A stretch of DNA of 62,373 nt, filler included, from Chiloscyllium plagiosum (GCF_004010195.1; 3 parts of one record of this genome joined end to end with filler, not necessarily neighbours in it); one strand, 5' to 3'; shown: positions 13,068 to 25,227, counted from the first letter of the whole stretch. The notes: generated by a model not told the origin, from the sequence alone. Numbers and translations are program-made.

Positions 13068-13381
13068 GAGAAACCCTGGGATCTCTCAGGGAGATGTCAC
13101 TTTTTTTAAAAAATAAAACTTTTAAGTTATCTCGAGAATGTGACTTGAAAGAAGTTCTGGGATTTACATATTAATGAACTGAAACCTGCAAACCATTCTA
13201 AAAACTGAAAGACTTAATAGCAATCTAGGTTTCAGTTGTATGATGCTGATCTTTTGCTGTAAATTCTGTGTCTTAAGATCCTGCTCCACTGCTACCTGAT
13301 GAAGGAGCAGTGCTTTGAAAGCTAATACTTCCAAATAAACCTGTTGGACTTTAACCTGGTGGTGTGTGATTTTTAACTTTT
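13068..13381 (+). mobile_element. Penelope-like terminal fragment (family B) with hammerhead motif
   Basis: cCTGATGAaggagcagtgctttGAAAGCTA at 13295-13324, then aataaacctgttggact..aacctggt, a tail also seen at 37440-37510. Confidence 0.7.
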
Positions 13382-13439
13382 ATTTTACTTATGGTTTATC
13401 ATTGCATGAGAAAAACATATGATTAAATGACTCTTGGTG

Positions 13440-14040
13440 TCATCAAGCCATACAGGTGTATAATAGTGAGACAACTAGCCCACGCTGACCAGAATCTCAA
13501 TCTGACCTTTAATCCTCTAAACTCTTTCTATTTGAATACCCATCTCGATGCCTTTTAAATGTTGTGATTTTGCCCACCACCTCTGGCAGCTTGTTTCTCT
13601 CACACACCACCATCTGCATGAAAAAGTTACCCCTCGGGTCCTTTTTTAAGTCTTCCTCCTCTCATTTTAAACCTATGCCCTCTATTTTTGGATTCTCCCA
13701 TCCTAGAAAAAAGACCTTGACAATTCATCCTATCCATGCCCATTGTGATTTAATAAACCTCTACAAGATCAATTCTTAGCCTTTACTCAAGGGAAAAAAG
13801 CCTCAGCCTTTCAGCCTCTTCCAATAACTCAAATCCTCCAGTCCCAGGTCCATCTTAATAAATCTCTTTTGCACCCTGTCAAGTGTAGCAACATCTTTCT
13901 ATTGAAAGGCAACCGGAGTTGTATGCAGTATTCTAAAAGTGGCCTCACCAATGTCCTGTACAGTTGCAACTTCTATAATCAGTGTTCTGACCAGTGAAGG
14001 CAAGTGTGCCAAACATCTTCGGCGATGTACCCTTTTTGAC
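13440..14040 (-). mobile_element. CR1 3' fragment just upstream of PPIL4 exon 4
   Basis: Reverse complement of the CR1 ORF2 end and 3'UTR (ctctggcagcttg, cctatgccctcta). Confidence 0.8.
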
Positions 14041-14118
14041 TACTCCACGTCGAAATACAGCTGATTGTGAGGTTGTTTTGACAGATGTGATAAACATTTT
14101 GCTTTCCTTTTCCCACAG

Positions 14119-14236
14119 TAAGCTGTATGGAGATCAGGCAAGATTTTATGAGGCAGAAAAGATACCTCGAATTAAACATAAGAAAAAAGGAACTGTATCC
14201 ATGGTGAATAATGGCAATGATCAGCATGCATCTCAG
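14119..14236 (+). CDS. PPIL4: PPIL4 coding exon (exon 4 equivalent)
   Basis: ttttcccacAG acceptor, 118 nt, GTtagt donor. (C)KLYGDQARFYEAEKIPRIKHKKKGTVSMVNNGNDQHASQ. Phase is compatible with the previous exon. Confidence 0.97.
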
Positions 14237-14809
14237 GTTAGTTGACATTCAGCACCTGTGTTTTCAGTATGCACATGTTTATGGGTATGTATGTATCTAA
14301 TATTATAGAAGTTCATTTTCAAGGAATAAATTGGATAATTTAAGGAAATCTTATTTATTATGGCAATATCTTATCAGTGAAGTGCTCTCATTGTAATGTT
14401 CCCTTTTTGCTTAATTTTAATCTAACCACAAACTATTAAAGAAAAGAGAATGCTATAAAGATGATGGTTTTCACTTTTCTTGAAATCATGAAACCTAATT
14501 TTAAATCTCAGGTTCTTCCTTCTGGTGTCTGGCACGTCTTTGCTTGGGCTTGCCATAATAATGTGGTTTTTGGGACTGGTGGGGTTTAAGTCTACTGTGG
14601 CATACTCTCGTTCCCCAGTCAATTGCTTGACTTCCTAGCCTAAGTCTCCAAAATGCCTGAGAGTACTGACACAGCAGGTCATTGACATTTTAATATGTTG
14701 CGTCTAAATTGAATAGTACAGACTGATGCCAGAAAGTGCTATTTTGCTCCTGAAATATATAAATTTACAGCACAGTGAGGTTGCCAAGAAACTTGCAATT
14801 TCTCATTTA

Positions 14810-15770
14810 TAGTCATCGAGGTATACAGCATGGAAACAGGCCCTTCGGCTGAATTCATCCATCTCAACCAGGTTTCCTAAACTTAAGTAGTCCTGTTTGC
14901 TGGTGTTTGGCCCATATCCATTCAAGCCTTTCCTTTATATGTATCTGTATAAATGTTTTTTTAAATATTGTAAATGTACCCACCTCTACCATTTCCTCTG
15001 GCAGCTTGTTCCATAGACGCATCACTCTTTGTGTGAAAAAGTTGCCCCTCCCGTCCCTTTTAAATCTTTGCCCCCTCACCTTAAACTTATGCCCTCTAGT
15101 TTTGGACTCCCCCACCCTAGGAAACAGACATTGGCTATTTATCCTAGCTATGCCCCTCATGATTTTATAAACTTTTATAAGGTCACTCCTCAACATCCTA
15201 CACTTAAGGGGAAAAAAGTCCCAGTCTATCCAGGCTGTCCTTATAATTCAAACCTTCCAGTCTCAGTAACATCTTTGTAAATCTTACAATTTATTAATTT
15301 AGTAATATCCTTCCTGTAACAGGTTGACGAGAATAGTATGCAGTACTCCAAATGTGATCTTACCAATATCTTGTACAGCTGTAGCATGACATCTCAATTC
15401 CTGTACTCAGTGCTCTGAACAATGAAGCCAAGCCTGGCAAACCCCGCCTTCACCATCCTGTCTACCTGTGCTACCACCTCTAACTTTATAAGTCCTGTCC
15501 TGATTTGTCTTACCAAATACAATATATCCTATTTATCTGTATTAAACTTCACCTGCTATTACTTGGCACACTGCCCAGTTCAAGATCCCGTTGTACCCTT
15601 AGATAATCTTCTTCACTGTCCACTCTACCACCAATTCTGGTGTCATCCACAAACTACTAACCATGCCTCCTATATTCTCATTCAAATTGTTTATTATATA
15701 AATGACAAACAGTAGTGGACCAAGCACCAAACTTTGCAATACATCACTGGTCACAGGCCTGGATCAATTT
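14810..15770 (-). mobile_element. CR1 3' fragment
   Basis: ORF 14864-15196(-) LRSDLIKVYKIMRG...TRGHKFKV...FFTQRV, with an atagtcat tail. Confidence 0.9.
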
Positions 15771-15874
15771 TATAAAGTCACTTTATAATAATGCAATGTA
15801 CCTGGATCAATTTTATCCATTCCCTTACATTGAGAAGTTGGAAAAGAAATAAGGGAGTAACACATTTCTTTTCC

Positions 15875-17048
15875 AACTCACTGACTTGATTGAGTTTTTT
15901 GAGGAAGTAGCGAAGTCAATTGATGAGGGCAGAGCGGTGGATATGATTGAGATGGACATCAGTAAAGCGATCGACAAGGTTGGATCTCATGGAATACTGG
16001 GAACTAGCCATTTGGATACAGAACTGGCTCAAAGGTAGAAGATGTAGGGTGGTGGCGGAGGGTTGCTTTTCACAGTGGAGACATATAACCATTGGTATGC
16101 CACAGGAATCAGTGCTGGATCCATTGCTTTTTGTCATTTATATAAATGATTTGGATGTGAACATACGAGGTATAGTTAGTAAGATGACCTCAAAATAGGA
16201 GGTGTGATAGACATCGTTGAGGGTTGCCTTGGAGTACGGTGGTATCTTGATTGGATGGGCCAGTGGGGCAGGGAGTGGCAGATGGAGTTTGGCTTGGATG
16301 GGTGTGAGGCACTGCATTTTGAGGATGCAAATCAGGGCGAGACTTATACACTTGGTGGAACCCTGGGGAGTTTTGCTGAACAGGGAGACCTTGGAGTGCA
16401 GGTTTGTGGTTCCTTGAAAGTGCAATCCCAGGTGGATAGAATAGTGAAGAAGGCGTTTGCAATGCTTTCCGTTGTTGGTCAGAGCATTGAGTGTGGGAGT
16501 TGGGAGGTCGTGTTGTGCCTATACAGGACATTGGTTGGGCCACTTTTGGAATATAGTGTATAATTTTGGACTCCTGAAGGAAGAATGTTGTCAAATTTCA
16601 GAAAAGTTTTACAAGGATGTTGCCAGGGTTGAATGGGCTGGGACTGCTTTCCCTGGAGCATTGGAGGCTGAGGGGTGAACTTATAAAAGTTTATAAAATC
16701 ATGAGGACCATGGATAGGGTAGTCAAAGTCTTTTCCCTGGGGTGGAGGAGACCAGAACTAGAGGGTTTAAAGTGAGGGGGGAAAGATATAAAAGGGACCT
16801 AAAGGAGCAACTTTTTTACGGAGAGGGTGGTGTGTGTATGCAGTAAGCTGCCAGAGGAAGTTGTGGAGGCTGGTACAATAACAACATTTAAAAGGCATCT
16901 GGATGGGTTTATGAATCGGAAAGGTTTGGAGGGATATGGGCCAAGTGCTGGCAAATAGGACTAGATTAATTTAGGATATCTGGTCAGCATGGACAATTTG
17001 GACCGAAAGACCTGTTTCCTTGCTGTACATCTCTATGACTGTATGACT
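15875..17048 (+). mobile_element. CR1 RT plus 3' fragment
   Basis: WIQNWL, PQESVLDPLLFVIYINDLD and YRTLVGPLLEY motifs, with a ctatgactgtatgact tail. Confidence 0.9.
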
Positions 17049-17324
17049 AACTTCTTAACATAAGGGAATGAATAAAATTGATTTGGGTAAATTGTGTTAT
17101 TTCATCCCTGTAGGATTAATAGCTAAGACAGTATTGGGCTGGTGATGTTATGGAAGTTTGTACAGCACCCTCACTTGTTAAGTCAGAAGACTTGGTGTTC
17201 ATACTGCACTCCAGGATTTGGGCACATAATTGACATAAGTGAAACTCTGAGAAGCAATATTGTAGGAAGCTTCCACAGTTCAGATAAGATAGTAAACCAG
17301 TAACTTGTCCGCCTATTGTCACAT

Positions 17325-17453
17325 TCCTGATGAAGAGCTTATGCTCGAAACGTTGACTCTCCTGCTCCTCGGATCCTGCCTGACCAGCTGCGCTTTTCCA
17401 GTGTCGCATTTTTTGACTCTGACCTCCAGCATCTGCAGTCCTCACTTTGTCCT
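17325..17453 (+). mobile_element. Short Penelope insert (family A) with intact hammerhead core
   Basis: 14-bp TSD gcctattgtcacat at 17311-17324 and 17454-17467. Core CTGATGAa-GAGCttatGCTC-GAAACGTT. Confidence 0.88.
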
Positions 17454-18667
17454 GCCTATTGTCACATATCAGTTGTTGATGGAACTTTAAGACTCTTCCA
17501 CAAATGAGCCAAATTAAGGCCAAGATTGATTTGGTTTTGATTAGCATTCATTTGGACGTTTTAAGTGTAACCCACAAGAATCCATGGTATGTACTCAGAC
17601 TACCTATAAATTCAAAAGACTTGACAATACAAATCTAACAACAACTGAGACTGCAAGAATTGACATGTTTGAGTCCTTTAGTTTATCTGTTTATTCCCCT
17701 GTGGGTTGCTGTTGCCCCATTGTTTCAGATAGTGAATCAGTTCAGGAAACTCCTATGCTGGACTCAGTACATTTCCAAACAGAATCTGCATTTTCTCTCT
17801 AATATTTTGGGAATTAAGGAAGCAATGTGAAGTGTCTAACTAATTTAACAAGTCTTATATGTTGCTGCTGTATAAAGGAGTACTTTTTTAAAAAGCTTCC
17901 TGGCAGTATGGCTTGGAGCTCTTAATCTAATAGCTCTCTTTCAAATTGGTTGTCAGCATTTTTATATTCACGTCTGAAAGGGTTAATACTGATTGAATGC
18001 CATAAGCACTACCCACTGTGAGAAACAGGAGTAAGAATAACTAAGGGTCCTGAAGGAGTCATACTTAGGACCAGATATTCCTGAAAGTCTCTGTAATAAT
18101 ATATTCCATATCCTTGTAACATGTAAAAAGTTACAGAAATACAATATTATATCTTGTTTAGAAAGGATTCTTCCAGTTAGACCTATAAATCAGATGGCAA
18201 TCTTCACCCACACTAGACCATGTGAACCCTTAATGAACGTACAAGAAGACATGAATGATGAAGAAAGATTACTGTTTTATAGAATCTTCAGCATTCAAGT
18301 GAAGAAACCATCATTTAGTCTCTATCCATTTGCTAAAGTCCATCACATGTTTGTTTAGTTTGCTTATATGGTTTAAGGTGATGTTAACAGACTTTGTTCG
18401 AGGGTGTGAATTGTTTGTGATGTAGGTTCTCAGAGGAAGCATGTTTACACATGCATGTGCCATAATACAGGTTGGCATTGTGAAGGTAATCCTAGTGCAT
18501 ACGGTTTTTCTAGAACCAGTTGAATGTGGTTTTTGGGCCTATGGTGTATCACTGGAAGAATGAAGATGTCACAGAAGTAATCTGACTTTTCAAATTCACT
18601 GATTTATATTTGTCTTTCTCTTTTTCATCCTATGCTTGTTCCTATTCCCCTCCCTAACTCCATCCAG

Positions 18668-18810
18668 TTTTTGATCACTGCAGGAGAAAACGTGGATTAT
18701 CTTGATGGTGTGCATACAGTATTTGGTGAGGTGACTGAAGGCATGGATGTCCTGATGAAGATCAATGAGGCCTTTGTTGACAAGGATTTCTGTCCATATC
18801 AAGATATCAG
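18668..18810 (+). CDS. PPIL4: PPIL4 coding exon (exon 5 equivalent)
   Basis: catccAG acceptor, 143 nt, GTctgt donor. [47 protein letters not shown](R), with the cyclophilin LDGxHTVFGEV motif. Confidence 0.97.
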
Positions 18811-19364
18811 GTCTGTACTGTTACATTACATTAATAGAAAAATATAGCAAAAAATACATTGACATGATTTAGTTTTTTAAAAAAAAAAGATTTGTTGTAG
18901 CTTTTGGCTATTAAATAAAATATTTGAATTAAAACATGCTGAACGGTCATGATATATTCTTGATCTTATCATTAGGAAACTTGGGTTCTAAAGAAGTCAG
19001 AACCATGTGTAGCTTTAAGTTTGATTTGCATTTAAATATTGTAGGTTAAGGGAAAAAACATACTATTAGTTTCATTTTAATTTTTAGTTTTGAGAGTAGT
19101 GACCTCTTGTGACTACGTTTGGTGACTGACTACCAAGATCCATGTCTTCTGACAAGCATTAAGTAATTTCATGACATGCTGTCATTGAATTATGCTGTGT
19201 TCAGCAACCTGTTATTTGTTTAAAAAATGTGCATAGAAACTGTTCAGCTATCACTTTAGGTTTTGTTCTATAATATGAAACTGTAATGATTAACTCATGT
19301 GATGTCAGTTTGTTCTGTTATATAAGAAATATCTAATTCCTGTTCTGTTAATTCAGTTAATTGT

Positions 19365-19675
19365 GGGCGGCACGGTGGCACAGTGGTTAGCACTGCTGCC
19401 TCACAGCGCTAGAGACCCAGGTTCAATTCCCGCCTCAGGCGACTGACTGTGTGGAGTTTGCACGTTCTCCCCGTGTCTGCGTGGGTTTCCTCCGGGTGCT
19501 CTGGTTTCCTCCCACAGGTCAGGTGAATTGGCCATGCTAAATTGCCCGTAGTGTTAGGTAAGGGGTAAATGTAGGGGTATGGGTGGGTTGCGCTTCGGCG
19601 GGGCGGTGTAGACTTGTTGGGCCGAAGGGCCTGTTTCCACACTGGAAGTAATCTAATTTAATCTAATCTAATCTA
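19365..19675 (+). mobile_element. HE1/V-SINE (tRNA-derived)
   Basis: A box tggcacagtgg, B box ggttcaattcc, V domain tgtgtggagtttgcacgttctccccgtg, CR1-like 3' end, (aatct)n tail. Confidence 0.92.
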
Positions 19676-19722
19676 GTCTTTCCAGGTTTTATCTTTTAAT
19701 GTACATGTTTGTTTAATATTAG

Positions 19723-19819
19723 GATAACCCACACCGTGATACTGGAGGATCCATTTGATGATCCTGCAGGTTTGCAAATTCCAGATCGCTCACCAGAACC
19801 CACCAAAGAACAGCTTGAT
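19723..19819 (+). CDS. PPIL4: PPIL4 coding exon (exon 6 equivalent)
   Basis: tttaatattAG acceptor, 97 nt, GTgagt donor. [32 protein letters not shown]. Confidence 0.96.
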
Positions 19820-20089
19820 GTGAGTATTTACTTAAACATTTTCTGCATCCATTTACATTGAGAAAAATACACATTTTGTGCATCCTCTTCAACTGACTTA
19901 ACTCATGTTTTATGTGGCTGCAATATTTATGCATACATATATAATAGATATTGATGTCACGTGGCAATGAAAATGCAGATCACGAGTGGTGCTCAAATGA
20001 AGTGAGGTTAGAGAGTGTGGGATAATTGGATAAGGACACCAACAATCTTTTTAATATTGTTATGATATTTCTAATTTCCTTTTCTTTTC

Positions 20090-20365
20090 AGACCAGCATT
20101 TGTTGCCCACCGTTATTGCCTTTGCTAGGCGTCACCATGGAAGGACAACAGATTTTCTTCTCTGAAGGATATTAGTGTATCAGATAGTCCTAAATAAAAC
20201 CTTTCAATGGTGTTTTATGCTTATGCTTATTGAGACTAGCTTTTAATTCCAGACTTAATAATTGAATTCAAATTCCTCCAGTTGCTGTGGTGGGACTAGT
20301 ACCTTTATTCATATAGCATAAGTTAAACTCCTTGAATTACTACTCCAGTGACATTACCATGACCC
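20090..20365 (-). mobile_element. Degraded SINE with CR1-type tail (same family as 57180-57480)
   Basis: ccagcatttgttgccca tail, ttgaattcaaattcc, tactccagtgacattacca head. Confidence 0.55.
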
Positions 20366-20665
20366 TAGTCTTGAGTGATACCCGCTCTTGTTCTAGTTGA
20401 CAAGACTAAGTGGTATACCTAACACAGGCATTTTCCATTATAACAATGGACATAATTTAACTCACATAAAGTGCATGTAGATAATTTCCAATAAGGGTGT
20501 ACTCTTCTGTCAGAACTACTGTATTTTCAATAGTTTTTGAATATTTTGGCTTTTTTAATTCTTTGAAAGCTAAAACTTCCAAAAGTCTTAAAAACAAGAT
20601 TATAAATTATAAAAACTACCATTTAATAAATATGTGTACATGTACATAGTCATTGTCATAAAGAT

Positions 20666-20915
20666 TCAAAGTTTGTGAGAAGATTTGTAGCTCGGGTGCT
20701 CATTGTTGTGGTTCTGTTCGCCGAGCTGGGAATTTGTGTTGCAGACGTTTCGCCCCTGTCTAGGTGACATCCTCAGTGCTTGGAACCACTATAAATGCTG
20801 GAGGAAACATCACAGAAGCGCTTCACAGGAGGCTCCCAAGCACTGAGGATGTCACCCAGGCAGGGACGAAACATCTGCAACACAAATTCCCAGCTCAACG
20901 AACAGAACCACAACC
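20666..20915. mobile_element. Penelope-like tail-to-tail inverted insert (family C) with two hammerheads
   Basis: 11-bp TSD gtcataaagat at 20655-20665 and 20916-20926. Inverted arms at 20705-20783 and 20836-20914. Inserted into a minus-strand CR1 tail. Confidence 0.88.
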
Positions 20916-22569
20916 GTCATAAAGATGTACAGAATAGAAACAGACCCTACGGTCCAACCCGTCCATGCCGACCAGATACCCCAACCCAGTCTTTCTAATG
21001 TCACAAATTGGAAGGACTGTACAGTGACTGCCCTGTGGTAGCTCAGTTGCTCTGACTTCTGCAAATCACTGAAAGTAATGTATTCATTTTATAGGAGAGT
21101 TATTTGACAATGAGAAGGAGTTGAGATGAAGCAGTCCAAGAAGCTGAATGATGATTTTGCTAACTTATGGAAGTATTACATAGAAGAGGAATTGCTGTAT
21201 TGAAAAGAAATATGCTCATTTCATTTGTATTTTTATCACATCACATGAAGAATGGAGTTGATGACTAATTATAGCAATCAATTAGTCTGAAGCAAATTTG
21301 AATGGAAGGTGATTTACCCAATGGTAAAAAGTTTTGGAAACCATCAAAGGTCACTGTTGCTCCCAAGCACTTGTAATGCCAGGTGTCAAATTACCTATAT
21401 ATCGTATGTCAAAATACTCTGACAGTTTCTGAAGAAATCTATGGAATTTGCATTTAATCAATGCTAACTAGTTGACTGTTTCCCTAAGGACTCTGTTCTA
21501 TAGCTTGAACAATTCCACACTAAAATAAGGTTTCCACAGATTAGTTTGAATTAACTCCATTCAAGCAGACCCAATGTTCTCTGGTTGTACTGTTCTGTAC
21601 AATGGGAAATAGTTTGCAATTGTTGACAGTACCCAGTCACTTTTAAAATCCTAAAACCAACCAACCAAATCACTTTTTGGCCTGTTATTTTTCTTTCCAG
21701 GCAATGTGTTCCATTTTTATATGACAGCCATCTGAATTTCTTGCCTTGACATTTCAGTAGTGTTGATTCTAACTTCGCTAGTTGTTGGAATTCTGTTACC
21801 TTTGGAGCATAAACCAAATTATTCAAATCATTTTAATTTAATGGAAAATGCCAGACAGAAGTATTCTAAAGATATGCAGGGAAGGTCCTTATTTGTTTTG
21901 AGATTCTCGGAGGCGGAATAACCTTCAGCTGACCTGATGAGAATGATTAATGTATCTCAGCAAGCAGACTTTGTCAAATCAAGACCATTCTGAGAGGCGC
22001 GACAAGGCTGCTAGTGCTACAGGCCTGATGAGATGTGGTAGTGAATGATTGTTAATACTGGTGTTTCTGCAAGGATTTTGAGCATTGCTCATTTGGTTAG
22101 AGTATGTAATTTTCTCTGTTCTTGATCCGTTTCATTGAATCTGAGACAATACACATTCATTATATTCTGAGATATTGCTAAAGCTGGGAGGAGGAGGTAG
22201 GAAAATGAAATCAAATAGTTTACATTTGTAATTTGTAGGTCTGTGCGAATTGCAATTGAAGGTCATTGCAGACATAAATTTGAAGTATAGGTACTAGAAA
22301 TAAAAATGAGCGTGATTCTGGATGGGATGAGTTAAAACATGTCTAACAAGTATGGAACGTCATGAGCAAATTAGCGAAAGTGCTCAGGTCAGATCGCATC
22401 AAATAACAAAATGGTGAAATTACATAACTATGGAATGGTATGAAAGTTGATAAAAATGAAATCAGTGGCATTTTTCTTCTGACTAAGCTATACAGGCGTT
22501 CACAAGTCAATTTTTTTTTAAAAACCAAGTACCCAAATAACAACAAACAACACACTTAAACTAATCCAA

Positions 22570-23310
22570 GGAGTGGCAGATGGAGTTTAATTTAGATAAA
22601 TGTGAGTTGCTGCATTTTGGAAAGGCAAATCAGGGGAGGACTAATACACTTAATGGTAAGATCCTGGGGAGTGTTGCTAAACAGAGATCTTGGAGTCCAA
22701 GTTCATAGTTCCTTGAAAGTGGAGTCTCAGGTAATGAAGAAGGTGTTTGGTTTGCTTTCCTTATTGGTCAGAGTATAGGAGTTGGGAGGTCATTTTCCAG
22801 CTGTACAGGACATTGGTTAGGCCACTTTTGGAATATTGTGTGCAATTCTGGAAGGGCATTGCCAGGGTTGGAGGGTTTGAGCTACAGGGAGAGGCTGAAT
22901 AGGCTGGGGCTGTTTTCCCTGGAGTGTCGGAGGCTATATAGAAGTTTATAAAATCATGAAGGGGCAAGGATCTGGTAAATAGATAAGGTCTTGTCCCTGG
23001 AGTAGAGGACTCCGGAACCCGAGGGCAGAGGGTTTAGGGTGAGAGGGGAAAGATTTAAAAGGGACCTAACAGACAACTGTTACAAGCAAAGGCTGGTGCA
23101 CGTATGGGATGAGCTGCCAGAGGAAGTGGTGGAAGCTAGTACAGTTAGAACATTTAAAAGGCATATGGGTGGGTATATGAATAGAGAAAGGGTTTAGAGG
23201 GATATGGATCAAGTGCTGGCAAATGAGTCGAGATGAATTTAGGATATCTGGTTGACATGGACAAAATTGACCAAAGGGTCTGTTTCCGTGCTGTACATCT
23301 TTATGACCTT
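22570..23310 (+). mobile_element. CR1 3' fragment
   Basis: ggagtggcagatggagtttaatttagataaatg through the gctgtacatctttatgac tail. Confidence 0.9.
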
Positions 23311-23486
23311 ATAATTGCCCATGCACCACCCACCACATAAGAAAGAGGGTATAATGATCTCAAGTTCTGATGTTGGAACTAAAGCTGCATGGTATACAGA
23401 GAAAGGTGTGTTTTCTTGCATGCTTTCAGTATTCTTTAGTACTAACAATACTCTTGATTAATTTTTTAAAATATGATTTTGTTTAG

Positions 23487-23603
23487 AGTGGCAGAATAGG
23501 AGCTGATGAAGAAATAGATGATACCAAAGGAAAAACTGCAGAGGAAATTGAAGAAGTGCTGGCAGAGAAAGAAGCAAAAACCAAAGCAATACTGCTGGAA
23601 ATG
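23487..23603 (+). CDS. PPIL4: PPIL4 coding exon (exon 7 equivalent)
   Basis: ttttgtttAG acceptor, 117 nt, GTaaag donor. SGRIGADEEIDDTKGKTAEEIEEVLAEKEAKTKAILLEM. Confidence 0.96.
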
Positions 23604-25227
23604 GTAAAGAAATTAATCACAAACCTTTAAAAGAACATTAATATGTTTTGGGAAGTACAGATGATGCATTCCAAACTGTTCAATGTTTTCTAACCAACAG
23701 ATGTGAAGACAAGAATTTATTCTCCCCGTTGTTATTCACCTACCGGAGTAGACTAGAGCTATATTTTGTTTCGGCAGCTATGTGATGTTGGTGTGAGAGT
23801 ATCTGAGAACGTTGATGGTCACGTGAATCAACAGATGTGTAGGAAAATTATGAGAGCAATTATGCAGTTTGGATGATAGGTGACATTTAATACTCATAAC
23901 GTGAAATTCAGACTGAAAAGCATGGATGGTTGAAGCATACAGCAAACAGAAACAAGATCTGCAGTTATATGGTGTCTTTCACAAAACCCCAGGATATTTT
24001 TAAAGTGCTTTGCTGTCAGTGAACAAAGGGTAATCACTGTTGAAGCGTAGGAAACGTTCATCCTAATAGAACCCATAAAAAGCAGAGTTGTTGGTGAAGA
24101 AAACGCTTTTCCACTTTTTCAAAATAGAATAATTGAATCCTTTACTCAAGGAGGCATCAAGTTATTATTTGTAAATGGAAGATGATACTGTCGATAGTAT
24201 TTCCTGTGTACAACAAGAAGCATCAGCCTTCTGCTTAGATCTCTGGGATGGATCATGAACTTAATGTTCTTACTCAGACAAAAGTGGAACTGACGTAGTA
24301 CAGAATATAGGAAATAATATTAGGCATTTCATCTAACCTATAGTTAAAAAGGCTGACAATGTTAAGAGTCTAGAATCTGTGCATAAGTCATGTTAATGTT
24401 TAAAGATGCATTATGCAGTTCACATTTACAATACCAGTCATTAGAAATGCCAGTCATTAGAAATGTTGCAGAAAGGATCTGCACTAATAATAAAGTGTAA
24501 AGGGTTTCAGAGCAGTTGGTATCTTATTAGAGGATTTAACCATTTTAATCAGTATAGATAAGACTCAATAAACTAGAGCCAGAGAATTTACGGGGAATCC
24601 GTTGAATTGAAGTTAAGTTTGGAACAGGTAGTAAGAAGTATCTTTTTTTCCCTCTGAGACAATACTTTAGTTTGGATTATCCCACCGAACAACTTAGTAG
24701 AATTTGTCAGCATTAGACAGTGTAGAATTTGTGAAAAATGAGTATTGCCATGTTCTCACTTAAGCCCCACTTAGCATTCAGATGGGATTTATTGGCCTGA
24801 GAAGGTGCAGTGAAGATTCAGAAGAACGATGGAGGGATTTTAAGTGTTATATAGCCTTCCTTGTGTGTATGCTTATATACAGATTAAGGAGTGATCTAAT
24901 CTAAGTAATTAAAGGATTTGATAGGGTAGATAGAAACTCTTTTCATTTGTGGGAGAGGAAAGAACGAAGGATATAATCTTAAAATTAGAATTGGGCCATT
25001 CATGATGAAGCCAGTAAACACTTACTTTTCACAAAGACATTGGACACACACAATTCTCCTTCCCCAAAATAGATGTTGCGATTGACAGAATGTTTGCCAG
25101 ACAAAATTTAAGGATTACAAAAACAAGACAGTTAAATGAAGTTAAACATACACAAGAACCGAGGTACATGTGACAATAATAAATCAAATCAAAATGAACA
25201 TAAGAAATAAGAGTGAGATAATAGAAT

